From contig JBBIPL010000002.1 of assembly GCA_037442845.1 (NCBI GenBank), forward strand, positions 10,370 to 74,369: 64,000 nucleotides of DNA, read 5' to 3'. The notes below the pieces were generated by a model. It was not told where the DNA came from, searched no databases, and saw only the letters and a list, made by a program, of their open reading frames with translations. This stretch comes from Hydrogenophilales bacterium (GTDB lineage Bacteria; Pseudomonadota; Gammaproteobacteria; Burkholderiales; Thiobacillaceae). Every line of letters starts with the position of its first letter. Positions within the stretch are counted from its first letter, which is position 1. Of this stretch, positions 28,841 to 37,731 are shown piece after piece. Made by a program: the position numbers and the translations under genes.

Positions 28841-29560
28841 CTACCAGCCTGATGCTGAGAACTGCATCGATTCCGTATCCCGCCGTAGCGTCACCTCGTG
28901 CGGTGACACGGCCAGGTACCAAGTCTGCCGCTCGGCGTGCGGCTTGGGCTTGGCGAAGCCCGCCGGCGTCAGCAACGCCAGGCACCATGACGGCTGCAGA
29001 TCACGTACCGACCGATACAAAATGCCACCGACGTCGGCCTCACGGGCGACCCGCGCAAACTGCTGCGTCGGCCCGTAATCGGTGGGGTGCTGCCAGATAG
29101 AAGCGTCCGCATCGAACGGAGGATGTCGCAGATCCACCACTGGCGTGGCCACCCCCACCCGAAAGGCTGTGTGTGCCACCGGCTCAAGGCGTTCAAGGTC
29201 GACGGCGTCCTTCAGAAACTTCCAGCGCCAATAGCCAAGCTCTGCAGCAGCCGTCCTCACCGACTCCGCCCCGTAAAAAACGCCCGGGTCCGTCACCGCC
29301 CGAAATCGCGAGCCGCCCCGCCTGGGGTCGTAGCGAAACGGCGTGGCCAGCAGGTAGTCCAGACCTGCAGTGTCATCAGGCTGAGGCGGCTTGCTCGATT
29401 CCAGCAAGGACTCCAGCAGATCCTGCTCGTCGCGGTTGTCGACCAGTTTCATGGTGGCTGCGATGTGCTGCGACTCCACCATGCGCCACGCCTGGCCGCG
29501 CCAGGCAAAGGACTCAGACGAGACCGCGGGAGGCGTCCAGGTAGTGAACGACACGAACAA
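28841..29560 (-). CDS. RES-domain toxin (NAD+-degrading toxin family)
   Basis: ...PFRYDPRRGGSRFRAVTDPGVFYGAESVRTAAAELGYW...GILYRSVRD gives the R...E...S arrangement. It lies downstream of, and overlaps, the Xre/DUF2384 antitoxin gene. Confidence 0.88.
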   Translation of the reverse strand: MFVSFTTWTPPAVSSESFAWRGQAWRMVESQHIAATMKLVDNRDEQDLLESLLESSKPPQPDDTAGLDYLLATPFRYDPRRGGSRFRAVTDPGVFYGAESVRTAAAELGYWRWKFLKDAVDLERLEPVAHTAFRVGVATPVVDLRHPPFDADASIWQHPTDYGPTQQFARVAREADVGGILYRSVRDLQPSWCLALLTPAGFAKPKPHAERQTWYLAVSPHEVTLRRDTESMQFSASGW

Positions 29561-29894
29561 GCCCTTCTGTTTGACGAATCAGATCCACCGGGCGGCCATT
29601 GAGCCCCCGGTTCTCGCTGTTGAGCCACTGGCGTGCCGTCTGCTCATTGCCAACGATGGAATCCAGCGATCGAAACACGCGCACGAACAGCAAGGCGAAT
29701 TCCCATTCCTTGCGGCGCTCATCGAGCTTGTACTCGCCGTTGTAGAGGCGGGTCACCGTGGGCGGACTGACACCCAGGATCTTGGCGAGCAAGGCGCGCG
29801 AGATGTCCAGCCGTTCAGCGGCACGAGCTACGGCTTTGGTCAGTGCCGAGGATGGGTCTGGCTTGGCGACGAGGTTGCGGGCAGATGCACTCAT
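29514..29894 (-). CDS. Xre-family/DUF2384 antitoxin (ParS/MbcA type) of the RES toxin
   Basis: N-terminal HTH (ISRALLAKILGVSPPTVTRLYNG) and a C-terminal DUF2384-like region (ARQWLNSENRGLNGRPVDLIRQTEGLVRVVHYLD). Confidence 0.88.
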   Translation of the reverse strand: MSASARNLVAKPDPSSALTKAVARAAERLDISRALLAKILGVSPPTVTRLYNGEYKLDERRKEWEFALLFVRVFRSLDSIVGNEQTARQWLNSENRGLNGRPVDLIRQTEGLVRVVHYLDASRGLV

Positions 29895-30010
29895 GATCAG
29901 CCTCCTTTCCTATGGAAACAATAACACACCTATATTCCCTCAGAAATCCATACTCGCGGTCTGGTTCAAGGCGGTGCTACACGCTGGCCTTTGCACTGGA
30001 GGAACAAGGG

Positions 30011-30352
30011 ATGGATCATGTTTACGATCATCTGAAAAATCCCGCTCGCGTCCTTGATCAGTTGCCAGACTGGATAACGCAACACCAGGAGTACAGTGAA
30101 GCGCACTTCAGCGAAGCACTGACCCAGATCGCTGAGGTTTGGCCAGTTTTGTTTCCGTTTTTCAAGAACCAGATGGTGTTGCGCGTGCTGGACCGGGTCA
30201 CGGTGCATCGCGATGGCATCACGAGTCGGCTGCATGTCGATGGCCTTGTCGAATTGATCCGCGAGTTCTTGCAGGGCAAAGGCCGCCCCAACAGCATCCG
30301 CGACATCTTTGATCGGGCGGCCGCAGCCAAGCCAAAGAAGCCGCGACGGTGA
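30011..30352 (+). pseudogene. C-terminal remnant of a recombinase-family gene (no catalytic domain)
   Basis: ...QMVLRVLDRVTVHRDGITSRLHVDGLVELIREF... resembles the C-terminal pattern (V.RV.V...G..IRLR..GL..L..E) of large serine-recombinase-type proteins, from memory. There is no room upstream for an N-terminal domain. The region is low-GC. Confidence 0.4.
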
Positions 30353-30639
30353 TTCTCTGTTTCTGAAAAAGAGGTGTGTCGCGGTTTGACTATGGACTGG
30401 TCGCAGCCTGACCACTGTTGGCGACGAACTCAACTTGCCCGACACACGCGCAAGCCGTTGTCGTGAAAGGGGTTCTGCGTGTGCCTGACGCGAGCAGTTC
30501 TGCACTTTTATTTGAGAACCGAGAGCAAAACAGAGTCAAACAGGCCGGCAAACAGCACCAAAACAGGTTCGAACTGCCGACACGCAGGCGCCGGGAGTGT
30601 GGCGTAACCCTTTGACAGATACAGGGAAATCCAGAAATT

Positions 30640-30667
30640 AAAAGGCCAACCTGATGACAGGTTGGCC
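30640..30667 (-). terminator. Rho-independent terminator of the tRNA gene
   Basis: On the minus strand, GGCCAACCTG-tcat-CAGGTTGGCC is followed by TTTT, immediately 3' of the tRNA. Confidence 0.65.
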
Positions 30668-30674
30668 GAAAACG

Positions 30675-30751
30675 TGGTGGTGATGGGCAGAATCGAACTG
30701 CCGACCTGTGGGTTATGAATCCACCGCTCTAACCGTCTGAGCTACATCACC
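30675..30751 (-). tRNA. tRNA with CAU anticodon (elongator Met, or Ile2 if lysidine-modified)
   Basis: Minus strand: GGTGATG-TA-GCTC-AGACGGTTA-GAGC-G-GTGGA-TTCATAA-CCCAC-AGGTC-GGCAG-TTCGATT-CTGCC-CATCACC-ACCA. This is a full cloverleaf with encoded CCA. The 1:72 pair is intact, so it is not an initiator. Confidence 0.9.
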
Positions 30752-30902
30752 GCGGCAGAAAAGAGGCGCGGATTATCCCGGCCACCCCCCAGCTATGTCA
30801 ATGATTGGGCGAGGGAAAGCGAGGCGAGACAAGGCAACTTGTCCTGGCCGCGAGCACGCGACCAGGACAAAACACGACACCCGCGCGAGGGTGTGGCTGT
30901 AC

Positions 30903-31352
30903 TCACTTTTTCCTGGAGATGTACTTCTCCACCGCCTCGCGCTTCAACGCGCCCACGTTGTACGCCACCATCTTGCCCTCCGGGTTGTACAGGTAGGTGG
31001 TCGGCAAACCGGGGACGGAACCGATCTGGGCGGCCATGGCCTTGTCGCCGAGAATGATCGGGTAGCTGACCATCATCTGCTCGGCGTATTGCAGGACCTG
31101 CTTGGGATCCTTGTATTCCAAGGCGATGCCCAGCACCACCAGGTTGTTCTTCTTGTCCTCGTGCAGGGCGACCAGGTCGGGTATTTCCTCCAGACAGGGC
31201 GGACACCAGGTGGCCCAGAAATTGACCAGCACCCATTTGCCCTTGTATTGGGCCAGGCTGTGGCTCTTGCCCTTGCTGTCCACCAGGGTGAAGGCGAGCG
31301 TCGGGAAGGCCAGCAAATAGAGCAGGGCGACGAGGACAAGACGTCGGATCAT
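30903..31352 (-). CDS. TlpA/ResA-like periplasmic thiol:disulfide oxidoreductase
   Basis: MIRRLVLVALLYLLAFPTLA (signal peptide), VLVNFWATWCPPCLEEIP. Start at the internal Met of ORF 30903..31580. Confidence 0.88.
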   Translation of the reverse strand: MIRRLVLVALLYLLAFPTLAFTLVDSKGKSHSLAQYKGKWVLVNFWATWCPPCLEEIPDLVALHEDKKNNLVVLGIALEYKDPKQVLQYAEQMMVSYPIILGDKAMAAQIGSVPGLPTTYLYNPEGKMVAYNVGALKREAVEKYISRKK

Positions 31353-31502
31353 GACGGGCTCCGGATAGGGGTCGGAAATGGAGTCGAAGAAGACGGCGAA
31401 GTTCAGCCTGATGCTGCGAACGCGGTGATTTCCACGCCGTCCGGGCAAACGCCTATGCGCCGCCGCGGCGCAAAAGTAGAATCCGGCCAGAGGAGTTACG
31501 GA

Positions 31503-33077
31503 ATGTCCATACTGCCCAGATATGCCCTGCCGGACCGCGAATCGGCCCGGACTATAAACGTGGAGACGAAACCCAGGCAAGTCGAGGCCTGGCTGGGACG
31601 TCTGCCGCTGTCGAATCCGCTCGAGGCGGCCGAGGAACTATCGGATTATCTGGCCACCCTCAACGCCATCGAGGTGAGTCACGACACCCGCGCGAAGATC
31701 GTCGAGCGCCTGGCGCCCGTGGTCGAGGAACTCGTTGCCTCGCTCTACGAGCAATACGGCAACGCGCCCCTGCCGCTGCCGCCCAAGTCACACCGCAACG
31801 CCATGCTTGCAAAGAAGCTGTTGCGCGGTATGGCGGACGCCTACAAGGTGCTGCTGGTGGACTGGCTGCGCCGGCGCTTCCACCTGTTCGGCGGCAATCC
31901 GGCGCCGGTCTACCTGCAACGCATCCTGCTCGCCCTGCAGGCGGTGCTGGAAATCAGTTTCGAAATCCACGATCCCGTCCCCGAGGGGATCTGGGTGGAC
32001 CTGCACCAGACCTACAACTACGCGCTGCGCAGCGGGCTGAAAGATGTGATTCCGGAGGGCGCCGCGAAGATGCTGGCGCCCGAGCAGATCTACAAATCCT
32101 CGCTGCTCATGGCCCTGGCGGATCCTTATCGCCTGCCCCAGGTGGAAATCCCCTGGGCGCGCGACATCATCGCCCGCTTCTCCAACCTGGTCGGGCTCAA
32201 CCCGGCCGAGGCATCGGTGCAGGCCCGTTCCGGCCTGTTCCTCGTCGACGTCAACACCGACGCGCCGCCCAAGCCGGTGACGCGCGAGGCCCACCCCACC
32301 AATCCGCGTTGGGACCTGCTGCTCAACACGGCGGAACTGGTCAAGCACCTGGCCCTCATCGCCACGCAGATCAAGGGTCGGGAGGATCTCGACAAGCTGG
32401 GCCTGCCGGAAGCCGCGCGCGATCCAGCTTATCCGGCGATGCTGCATCGCCTCAAGCAGAATCTGGGCGCTTCCCTGCAACGCCAGTCGCAACGGCGGCG
32501 GCACCAGGACGGCTGGGAAGTGGAGGTCTGCTTCGGCCTCAAGTCGGTGCACCACCTGATCGCCCCGCCCAGCCGCGGCGATACCATCCACTACGGTCTG
32601 GCGAGTAAGGAGCCGCCGCCGGTCGTGCTGCGCTGCAAGACCCTGAATGACAGCATGGGCGGCCTTTCCCTCGGCAAGCGGGGTACCCAGGGCATGCAGA
32701 TCCGCGTCGGCGACGCGGTGGGCGCCCGTCAGGGCGGCCCGACCTGGAGCGTGGGCCTGGTGCGCTGGTTTCGCACACCCGCCGAGGGCGAGATCTCCTT
32801 CGGCGTGCAGTTGCTCTCCCCGCAGGTGCAGGCCATCCAGTTGCGCCGCCCGGACAACGGCCGCCAGTGGCCCTGCCTGCTGCTGCACCCCAGTCCGGCG
32901 GGGCCGCAGGGCATGCTGTTGATGGCGCAGTCCGGCTGTTTCCTGCCCGAGGGCCCCGTGGAAATGCGCGCCCCGAAAGGCGCCCTGGAGGTCTACATCG
33001 GCAAGCGCATCGAAGCCACCCCCAGCATCGAGATCTTCCGCTTCCAGCCGGAAGCGCCCGCACCGACCTCCGGCTGA
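31503..33077 (+). CDS. Large (524 aa) protein with C-terminal PilZ-type c-di-GMP-binding motifs
   Basis: AGGAG lies 8 nt before ATG 31503 (MSILPRYALPD...). The C-terminal third carries RQSQRRR (RxxxR) and LNDSMGGLSL (D/NxSxxG). The 5' 236 codons of track ORF 30795..33077 are antisense to the TlpA-like gene and are rejected. Confidence 0.7.
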   Translation: MSILPRYALPDRESARTINVETKPRQVEAWLGRLPLSNPLEAAEELSDYLATLNAIEVSHDTRAKIVERLAPVVEELVASLYEQYGNAPLPLPPKSHRNAMLAKKLLRGMADAYKVLLVDWLRRRFHLFGGNPAPVYLQRILLALQAVLEISFEIHDPVPEGIWVDLHQTYNYALRSGLKDVIPEGAAKMLAPEQIYKSSLLMALADPYRLPQVEIPWARDIIARFSNLVGLNPAEASVQARSGLFLVDVNTDAPPKPVTREAHPTNPRWDLLLNTAELVKHLALIATQIKGREDLDKLGLPEAARDPAYPAMLHRLKQNLGASLQRQSQRRRHQDGWEVEVCFGLKSVHHLIAPPSRGDTIHYGLASKEPPPVVLRCKTLNDSMGGLSLGKRGTQGMQIRVGDAVGARQGGPTWSVGLVRWFRTPAEGEISFGVQLLSPQVQAIQLRRPDNGRQWPCLLLHPSPAGPQGMLLMAQSGCFLPEGPVEMRAPKGALEVYIGKRIEATPSIEIFRFQPEAPAPTSG

Positions 33078-33126
33078 CCGCCGGGCTGCGCGACGGTTCG
33101 GAACGCCTGCCCGGCAGCCTGCCCCG

Positions 33127-33993
33127 TTATCGGCCCGCCGGCGGCGCCACCGTGCTCGGCGAAACCGGCGCCGGCGCGTCGGCCAGCGGCGCCCCCTCCT
33201 GCAGGGCGATTTCCTGAGCGGCCCCTCCGACCTCGTTGAGGATGAGCACGTTGACGCGGCGATTGCGGCCGCGCCCGTCGGCCGTGGCATTGGTATCGAT
33301 GGGCCGGTTGTCGGCGTAGCCGATGGCCACCATGCGCATCGTCGGCACGCCCTGTTCCGCGAACAGCCGCACCACGCTGCCGGCGCGCGCGGAAGACAAC
33401 TCCCAGTTGGAAGGGAAGCTGGGATTGCGGATGGGGACATTGTCGGTATGCCCTTCCACCTGCACCGGGTTGTCCACCTGCGCCAGCACTCGCGCCACCG
33501 CCGCCAGGGTGTCGGTGGACTGCGGCTGGAGGATCGCCTCGCCGCTTTTGAACAGCACGCTGGCGTTGATCTCCACCGTCACCCCGCGCGGCGACTGAGT
33601 GACGCGCACCTGGCCGTCGCGCACCAGCGGCTGCATGACGTCGAGGACGTTGCGCGCCACCTGCTTCATGCTCTCGGCGGCCCGCTTGCGCTCCGGCGTG
33701 TCGGCGTCGCCGTGCGGCTGCTGCTGCATCTTGCCGATCGGCTTGCCGCTGCCGGCCAGAATCTCCGCCTGCTTGCTGGTCAGCTCGATCATCTTTTCCG
33801 AGCGCGGCGTCTCCTTGAACGCGCTGACCAGGGAATCCGACAGCACCCGGTATTTACCCTCGTTGATGGACGAAATCGCATACATCACCACGAAGAAGGC
33901 GAACAGCAGGGTGATGAAATCCGCGTAGGAGACCAGCCAGCGCTCCAGGTTCTCGTGTTCCTCGGGCGGTTTCCGGCGCGCCATGGCTGCCAC
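33127..33993 (-). CDS. motB: Flagellar stator protein MotB (OmpA-like C-terminus)
   Basis: LERWLVSYADFITLLFAFFVVMYAIS (plug/TM with the conserved Asp). C-terminal GHTDNVPI...SNWELSSARA...RNRRV. Confidence 0.9.
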   Translation of the reverse strand: MAAMARRKPPEEHENLERWLVSYADFITLLFAFFVVMYAISSINEGKYRVLSDSLVSAFKETPRSEKMIELTSKQAEILAGSGKPIGKMQQQPHGDADTPERKRAAESMKQVARNVLDVMQPLVRDGQVRVTQSPRGVTVEINASVLFKSGEAILQPQSTDTLAAVARVLAQVDNPVQVEGHTDNVPIRNPSFPSNWELSSARAGSVVRLFAEQGVPTMRMVAIGYADNRPIDTNATADGRGRNRRVNVLILNEVGGAAQEIALQEGAPLADAPAPVSPSTVAPPAGR

Positions 33994-34001
33994 TCAGCGA
34001 G

Positions 34002-34742
34002 TCATGCCAGATAGCCCTGCAGCTTGGCCTCGATGATGCGCGGGTTCTCGCCGTTGGCGATGGACACCAGCCCCTGGATGAACAATTCCTTGTCCGCCAC
34101 CTGGCGGCCCACCCAGTAGCGCAGCTTGCCCGCCACCGGCAGGAAGAACAGGTTGGCGCCGCCGACGCCGTAGATGGTGGCGACGAAGGCGACGGCGATG
34201 CCGGCGCCCAGCTTCGACGGATCCGAAAGGTTCTCCATGACGTGGATGAGCCCCATCACCGCGCCCAGGATGCCGATGGTGGGCGAGTAGCCGCCGGCCG
34301 CCATCCACACCTTGGCGGCCTCCAGGCGATGTTGTTCGTAGGCATTTAGGTCGAGTTCCAGGGTTTCCCGCAGGATTTCCGGCTCGGCGCCATCCACCAG
34401 CATCTGCAGGCCGCGCCGGTGGAACAGGTCGGGCAACTGTTCGATGTAGGGCTCCAGCGCGAGCAGGCCGCCGCGCCGCGCCTTCTGGCTCCACTCCAGG
34501 ATCATGTCCAGGGTTTCCTGGCTGGCGACGCGCGGCGGCTGGAACACCCAGCGCAGCATGGACAGCCCGTCGAGGAACACCTTCAGGCTGGTTTGCAGCA
34601 TGACCGCGCCCAGGGTGCCGCCGATGACGATGAGGAAGGCGGTGAACTGCAAGAGGGAACCGACATGCCCCCCCTCCAGCATCTGCCCGACCAGGATCGC
34701 AACCAGGCTGAGAGTGATGCCGACCAGACTGATGATGTCCAT
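34002..34742 (-). CDS. motA: Flagellar stator protein MotA/PomA family
   Basis: MDIISLVGITLSLVAILVGQMLEGG..., PTIGILGAVMGLIHVM, ATIYGVGGANLFFLP. Confidence 0.9.
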   Translation of the reverse strand: MDIISLVGITLSLVAILVGQMLEGGHVGSLLQFTAFLIVIGGTLGAVMLQTSLKVFLDGLSMLRWVFQPPRVASQETLDMILEWSQKARRGGLLALEPYIEQLPDLFHRRGLQMLVDGAEPEILRETLELDLNAYEQHRLEAAKVWMAAGGYSPTIGILGAVMGLIHVMENLSDPSKLGAGIAVAFVATIYGVGGANLFFLPVAGKLRYWVGRQVADKELFIQGLVSIANGENPRIIEAKLQGYLA

Positions 34743-34759
34743 GGCGCGGCGAGCAATGT

Positions 34760-35485
34760 TTATTCGGGATTCGCCGACCAGTCCCGCAGGCGTCCGCGCA
34801 AGCGGGCGATGGCCTGGCCATGCAACTGGCAGACGCGGGATTCGGAGACGCCGAGCACGGCGCCGATCTCCTTGAAGTTCATTTCCTGCTCGTAGTACAT
34901 GCCCATGAGCTGCTTCTCGCGATCCGGCAGGATGCCCACCGCTTGCGCCAGGGCGCCCTTGAAATGGCGCGAGGCGAGGATGTCGAAGGGCGCCTGGGTG
35001 TGGTTGTCGGCGAAACGTTCGAGGAAATCGTCGCCGTCCGCGTCGTGCAGATCCTCGTAATAGACCAGTTGCGCGCCGCGGGCATCGCTGAGCAGTTCGA
35101 AATAGGCCTGGATGTCCATGCCCAATTCCTCGGCGATCTCCTGCTCCGAAGGCGGCCGCTTGTGCCGCTGCTGCAGGACATGGATGGCGTTCTCGATCTG
35201 GCGGCCGGCGCGGCGCACGTTGCGCGAGGCCCAGTCGGCGTCGCGCAGCTCGTCCAGCATGGCGCCGCGCACGCGCTGGGTGGCATAGGTCTCGAAATGG
35301 GCGCCCTGCTCCTCGTCGAAACGCTCCACCGCGTCCAGCAGTCCGAGCAGGCCGGCCTGCACCAGATCGTCCACCTCCACGCAGGCGGGCAGGCGGGTCA
35401 TCATGTGATAGGCGATGCGCTTGACCAGGGGGAGGTGGTTCCGCACCAGGTCGTCTTTATCGCTACCCTGAACTCCAGCGTACAT
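34760..35485 (-). CDS. fliA: Flagellar sigma factor sigma-28
   Basis: Region 2 (LPLVKRIAYHM...DDLVQAGLLGLLDAVERFD), region 4 (LPDREKQLMGMYYEQEMNFKEIGAVLGVSESRVCQLH). Confidence 0.93.
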   Translation of the reverse strand: MYAGVQGSDKDDLVRNHLPLVKRIAYHMMTRLPACVEVDDLVQAGLLGLLDAVERFDEEQGAHFETYATQRVRGAMLDELRDADWASRNVRRAGRQIENAIHVLQQRHKRPPSEQEIAEELGMDIQAYFELLSDARGAQLVYYEDLHDADGDDFLERFADNHTQAPFDILASRHFKGALAQAVGILPDREKQLMGMYYEQEMNFKEIGAVLGVSESRVCQLHGQAIARLRGRLRDWSANPE

Positions 35486-36332
35486 TCCGCAGCCCCTCGC
35501 TTGCTGATTCCCTGCTTCCGGATTCCGCCATCAGACGGCTGTGCAGCCACATGCGCTGCCAATACTGCTCGAAATCGACCCGTCCCGCTTCCACGGCGGC
35601 GTCCGGCTCCTCCACCAGCCGCTCCACGAGACCGGCCTCGGCCGGCGAGGCGGCGCGTTCCCGCGGCAGTTGTCCGAGAAATTCCGGAACGATACCGAGG
35701 AAGCGCCGCGCTGTCTGCGCCAGGGAATCGAACAGCGCGCGCGCGCGCGAAGCGTCGCCGTCCTCCACCAGCAGCACACGCCAGGCCCGCGCCGGCCGGA
35801 AGGCATGCGCCGCTTTCATCAGGGCATAGGCCTCCGCCAGGCGCGCGCGCGAAGCGGTCAGCGCGAGGACGCGCTCGTCCGCGGTCACCGCCAGGCCGCT
35901 CTCCGGCAAAGCCGGGCCGCTGTTCAGCAACAGCCATTCCGGCGTCTCCTCGCGGGCGCGCCAGTCGTCGGCCAGGCGGCGCAGGGCGGTCTCGGACAGA
36001 CCGCGCAGGGCGCTCAGGCCATCGACCGCGGAGAGCAGGACGACGCCCTCGCCGGCGGGCTGGACGATGTCCAGCAGTCCGCGCTGGCGCGCCTCGCTCA
36101 GGCCATGCCGGGCGAGCACGCCCAGGAGCCCGCCGGCATGCCGCGGCGGCGGCACCTCGTCGACCAGCATCACCCGCTCGCCGCGCTTGCCGAGGCCGCG
36201 CGCCAGGGCGACACAGGCCCGCGTCGCCGCCGCGGCGTCGGCGCCGAGCACAGCCAGGGCGCGGAACGGCGCCTCGGGCGTGAACAGCCGGCGCAGCCCG
36301 GTGGCCTGGTCGACGGGTTCAGCCAGCCGCAC
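35463..36332 (-). CDS. FlhG/FleN-position MinD-like protein with degenerate Walker A
   Basis: It sits between flhF and fliA, as FlhG/FleN does. ...FRALAVLGADAAAATRACVALARGLGKRGERVMLVDE aligns to my recollection of FleN [36 protein letters not shown]. The GKGGVGKT box is replaced by GADAAAAT. Confidence 0.6.
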   Translation of the reverse strand: MRLAEPVDQATGLRRLFTPEAPFRALAVLGADAAAATRACVALARGLGKRGERVMLVDEVPPPRHAGGLLGVLARHGLSEARQRGLLDIVQPAGEGVVLLSAVDGLSALRGLSETALRRLADDWRAREETPEWLLLNSGPALPESGLAVTADERVLALTASRARLAEAYALMKAAHAFRPARAWRVLLVEDGDASRARALFDSLAQTARRFLGIVPEFLGQLPRERAASPAEAGLVERLVEEPDAAVEAGRVDFEQYWQRMWLHSRLMAESGSRESASEGLRNVRWSSG

Positions 36333-37731
36333 CCAATGCTCCCTCGACCAAATCCTGCGCGATCCCGCTCTGCTGGGCCGCCGCCATGAGGATGGGATAG
36401 TCGCCCTCGTCCTGGGTGAAGGGCGACTCCGGCTGGTGGATGCGGAAGGCCCGGTCGGCCAGGTAGGTGGCGTTGGCCAAATGCAGGTCCTCGGGCACGC
36501 GCTGGCCGTTGGTGACGTAGTGCAGCGGCAGCTCGTGGCGGATGGCCACGTCCAGCACCGGCCCGTAGGTGAGGGCCTCGTCGATCTTGGTGAGGATGCA
36601 GCCGATCAGGCCGGGACCGCTGTAGGCGCGCGCCACCTCCTCCAGAGTCACGCCCTGGCTGGGCGCGCCCAGCAGCAGCAGGCGCTTGACGTCGCGCTGC
36701 TCGCCGCAAAGCATGGCCACCTGCTCGGCCACCCGCTTGTCGCGCTGGCTCATGCCGACGGTGTCGATCAACACCAGATGGCGGTTGGCCAGATCGGAAA
36801 GGGTCAGCTCCAGGTCGTTCTCGTCGCGCACCGCGAACACCGGCGTGCCCAGAATGCGGCCGTAAATGCGCAACTGGTCCTGGGCGCCGATCCGGTAGGT
36901 ATCGGTGGTGACCAGCGCCACCTTGGCGGCGCCATGGCGGAGGACGGCGCGGGCGGCCAGCTTGGCCACGGTGGTGGTCTTGCCGACGCCGGTGGGTCCC
37001 ACCAGAGCGAACACGCCGCCCTGCTCGACGATGTCGTCGGCGCCGCCGGCGATCTTCAGGTTGTGCGTGATGGTGGTCTTGAACCATTTCATGGCGCGCG
37101 TCAGCTCGGCCTCCTCGCGCGGCAGGCGCTCCAGCAGCTGCCTTGCGAAAGCGGGAGAAAAGCCGGCCGCCAGCAGCCGCTTCATGGCCTCGGCGCGCAA
37201 CGGATCGCGCCGGGTGAGGTCGTTCCAGGCGAAACCGGCGAGCTGGCCCTCGACCAGGCCGCGCAACATGCGCACCTCGCGCGCCAGTTCCTGCACCGCC
37301 GCCGGCGGCGCAGCCGGCGCCTCGGCGGCGGGCTCGGCGCCGTTGCCGGCAGACTGGGCATGCGCCGCGCGCGCCGGGGAAGGCCGGATCAGACTGGCCT
37401 CCTCCTTCCGCGCCAGATAATCGGCGAGGGTCGCCAGTTGCGGCCGGGCCGCCTCGGGAATGACATCGGCTTCGGGCCGACGCGGCGGCGGCGCGGGTCT
37501 TTCAGCCGCCGGCGGACGCGCGGCGGGTGCGGATCGCGGCGCCTGCGCGGCGGCCCAGAGAGCGGGCTCGGCCTGGGCGGTGAGGGCGGCCATGTCCATG
37601 TCGGCCACGGCGATGATCTCGATGCCGCCGGCCACCTGCCGGTTGGACAGGATGATGGCGCTCGCGCCCAGCGCATCGCGCACCTGGCGCAGGGCGTCGC
37701 GGGCGTTCTGGGCGTGGAACTTCTTGATCAT
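36319..37731 (-). CDS. flhF: Flagellar biosynthesis SRP-type GTPase FlhF
   Basis: MIKKFHAQNARDALRQVRDALGASAIILSNRQVAGGIEIIAVAD..., [24 protein letters not shown]. Confidence 0.9.
   Translation of the reverse strand: MIKKFHAQNARDALRQVRDALGASAIILSNRQVAGGIEIIAVADMDMAALTAQAEPALWAAAQAPRSAPAARPPAAERPAPPPRRPEADVIPEAARPQLATLADYLARKEEASLIRPSPARAAHAQSAGNGAEPAAEAPAAPPAAVQELAREVRMLRGLVEGQLAGFAWNDLTRRDPLRAEAMKRLLAAGFSPAFARQLLERLPREEAELTRAMKWFKTTITHNLKIAGGADDIVEQGGVFALVGPTGVGKTTTVAKLAARAVLRHGAAKVALVTTDTYRIGAQDQLRIYGRILGTPVFAVRDENDLELTLSDLANRHLVLIDTVGMSQRDKRVAEQVAMLCGEQRDVKRLLLLGAPSQGVTLEEVARAYSGPGLIGCILTKIDEALTYGPVLDVAIRHELPLHYVTNGQRVPEDLHLANATYLADRAFRIHQPESPFTQDEGDYPILMAAAQQSGIAQDLVEGALGAAG

Noticed and set aside
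30795-31502. N-terminal 236 codons of track ORF 30795..33077, which would make the PilZ-motif protein 760 aa.
   Set aside because: This stretch is antisense to the well-supported TlpA-like gene (WCPPC motif) and reads as low-complexity sequence. A good AGGAG-ATG start exists at 31503.
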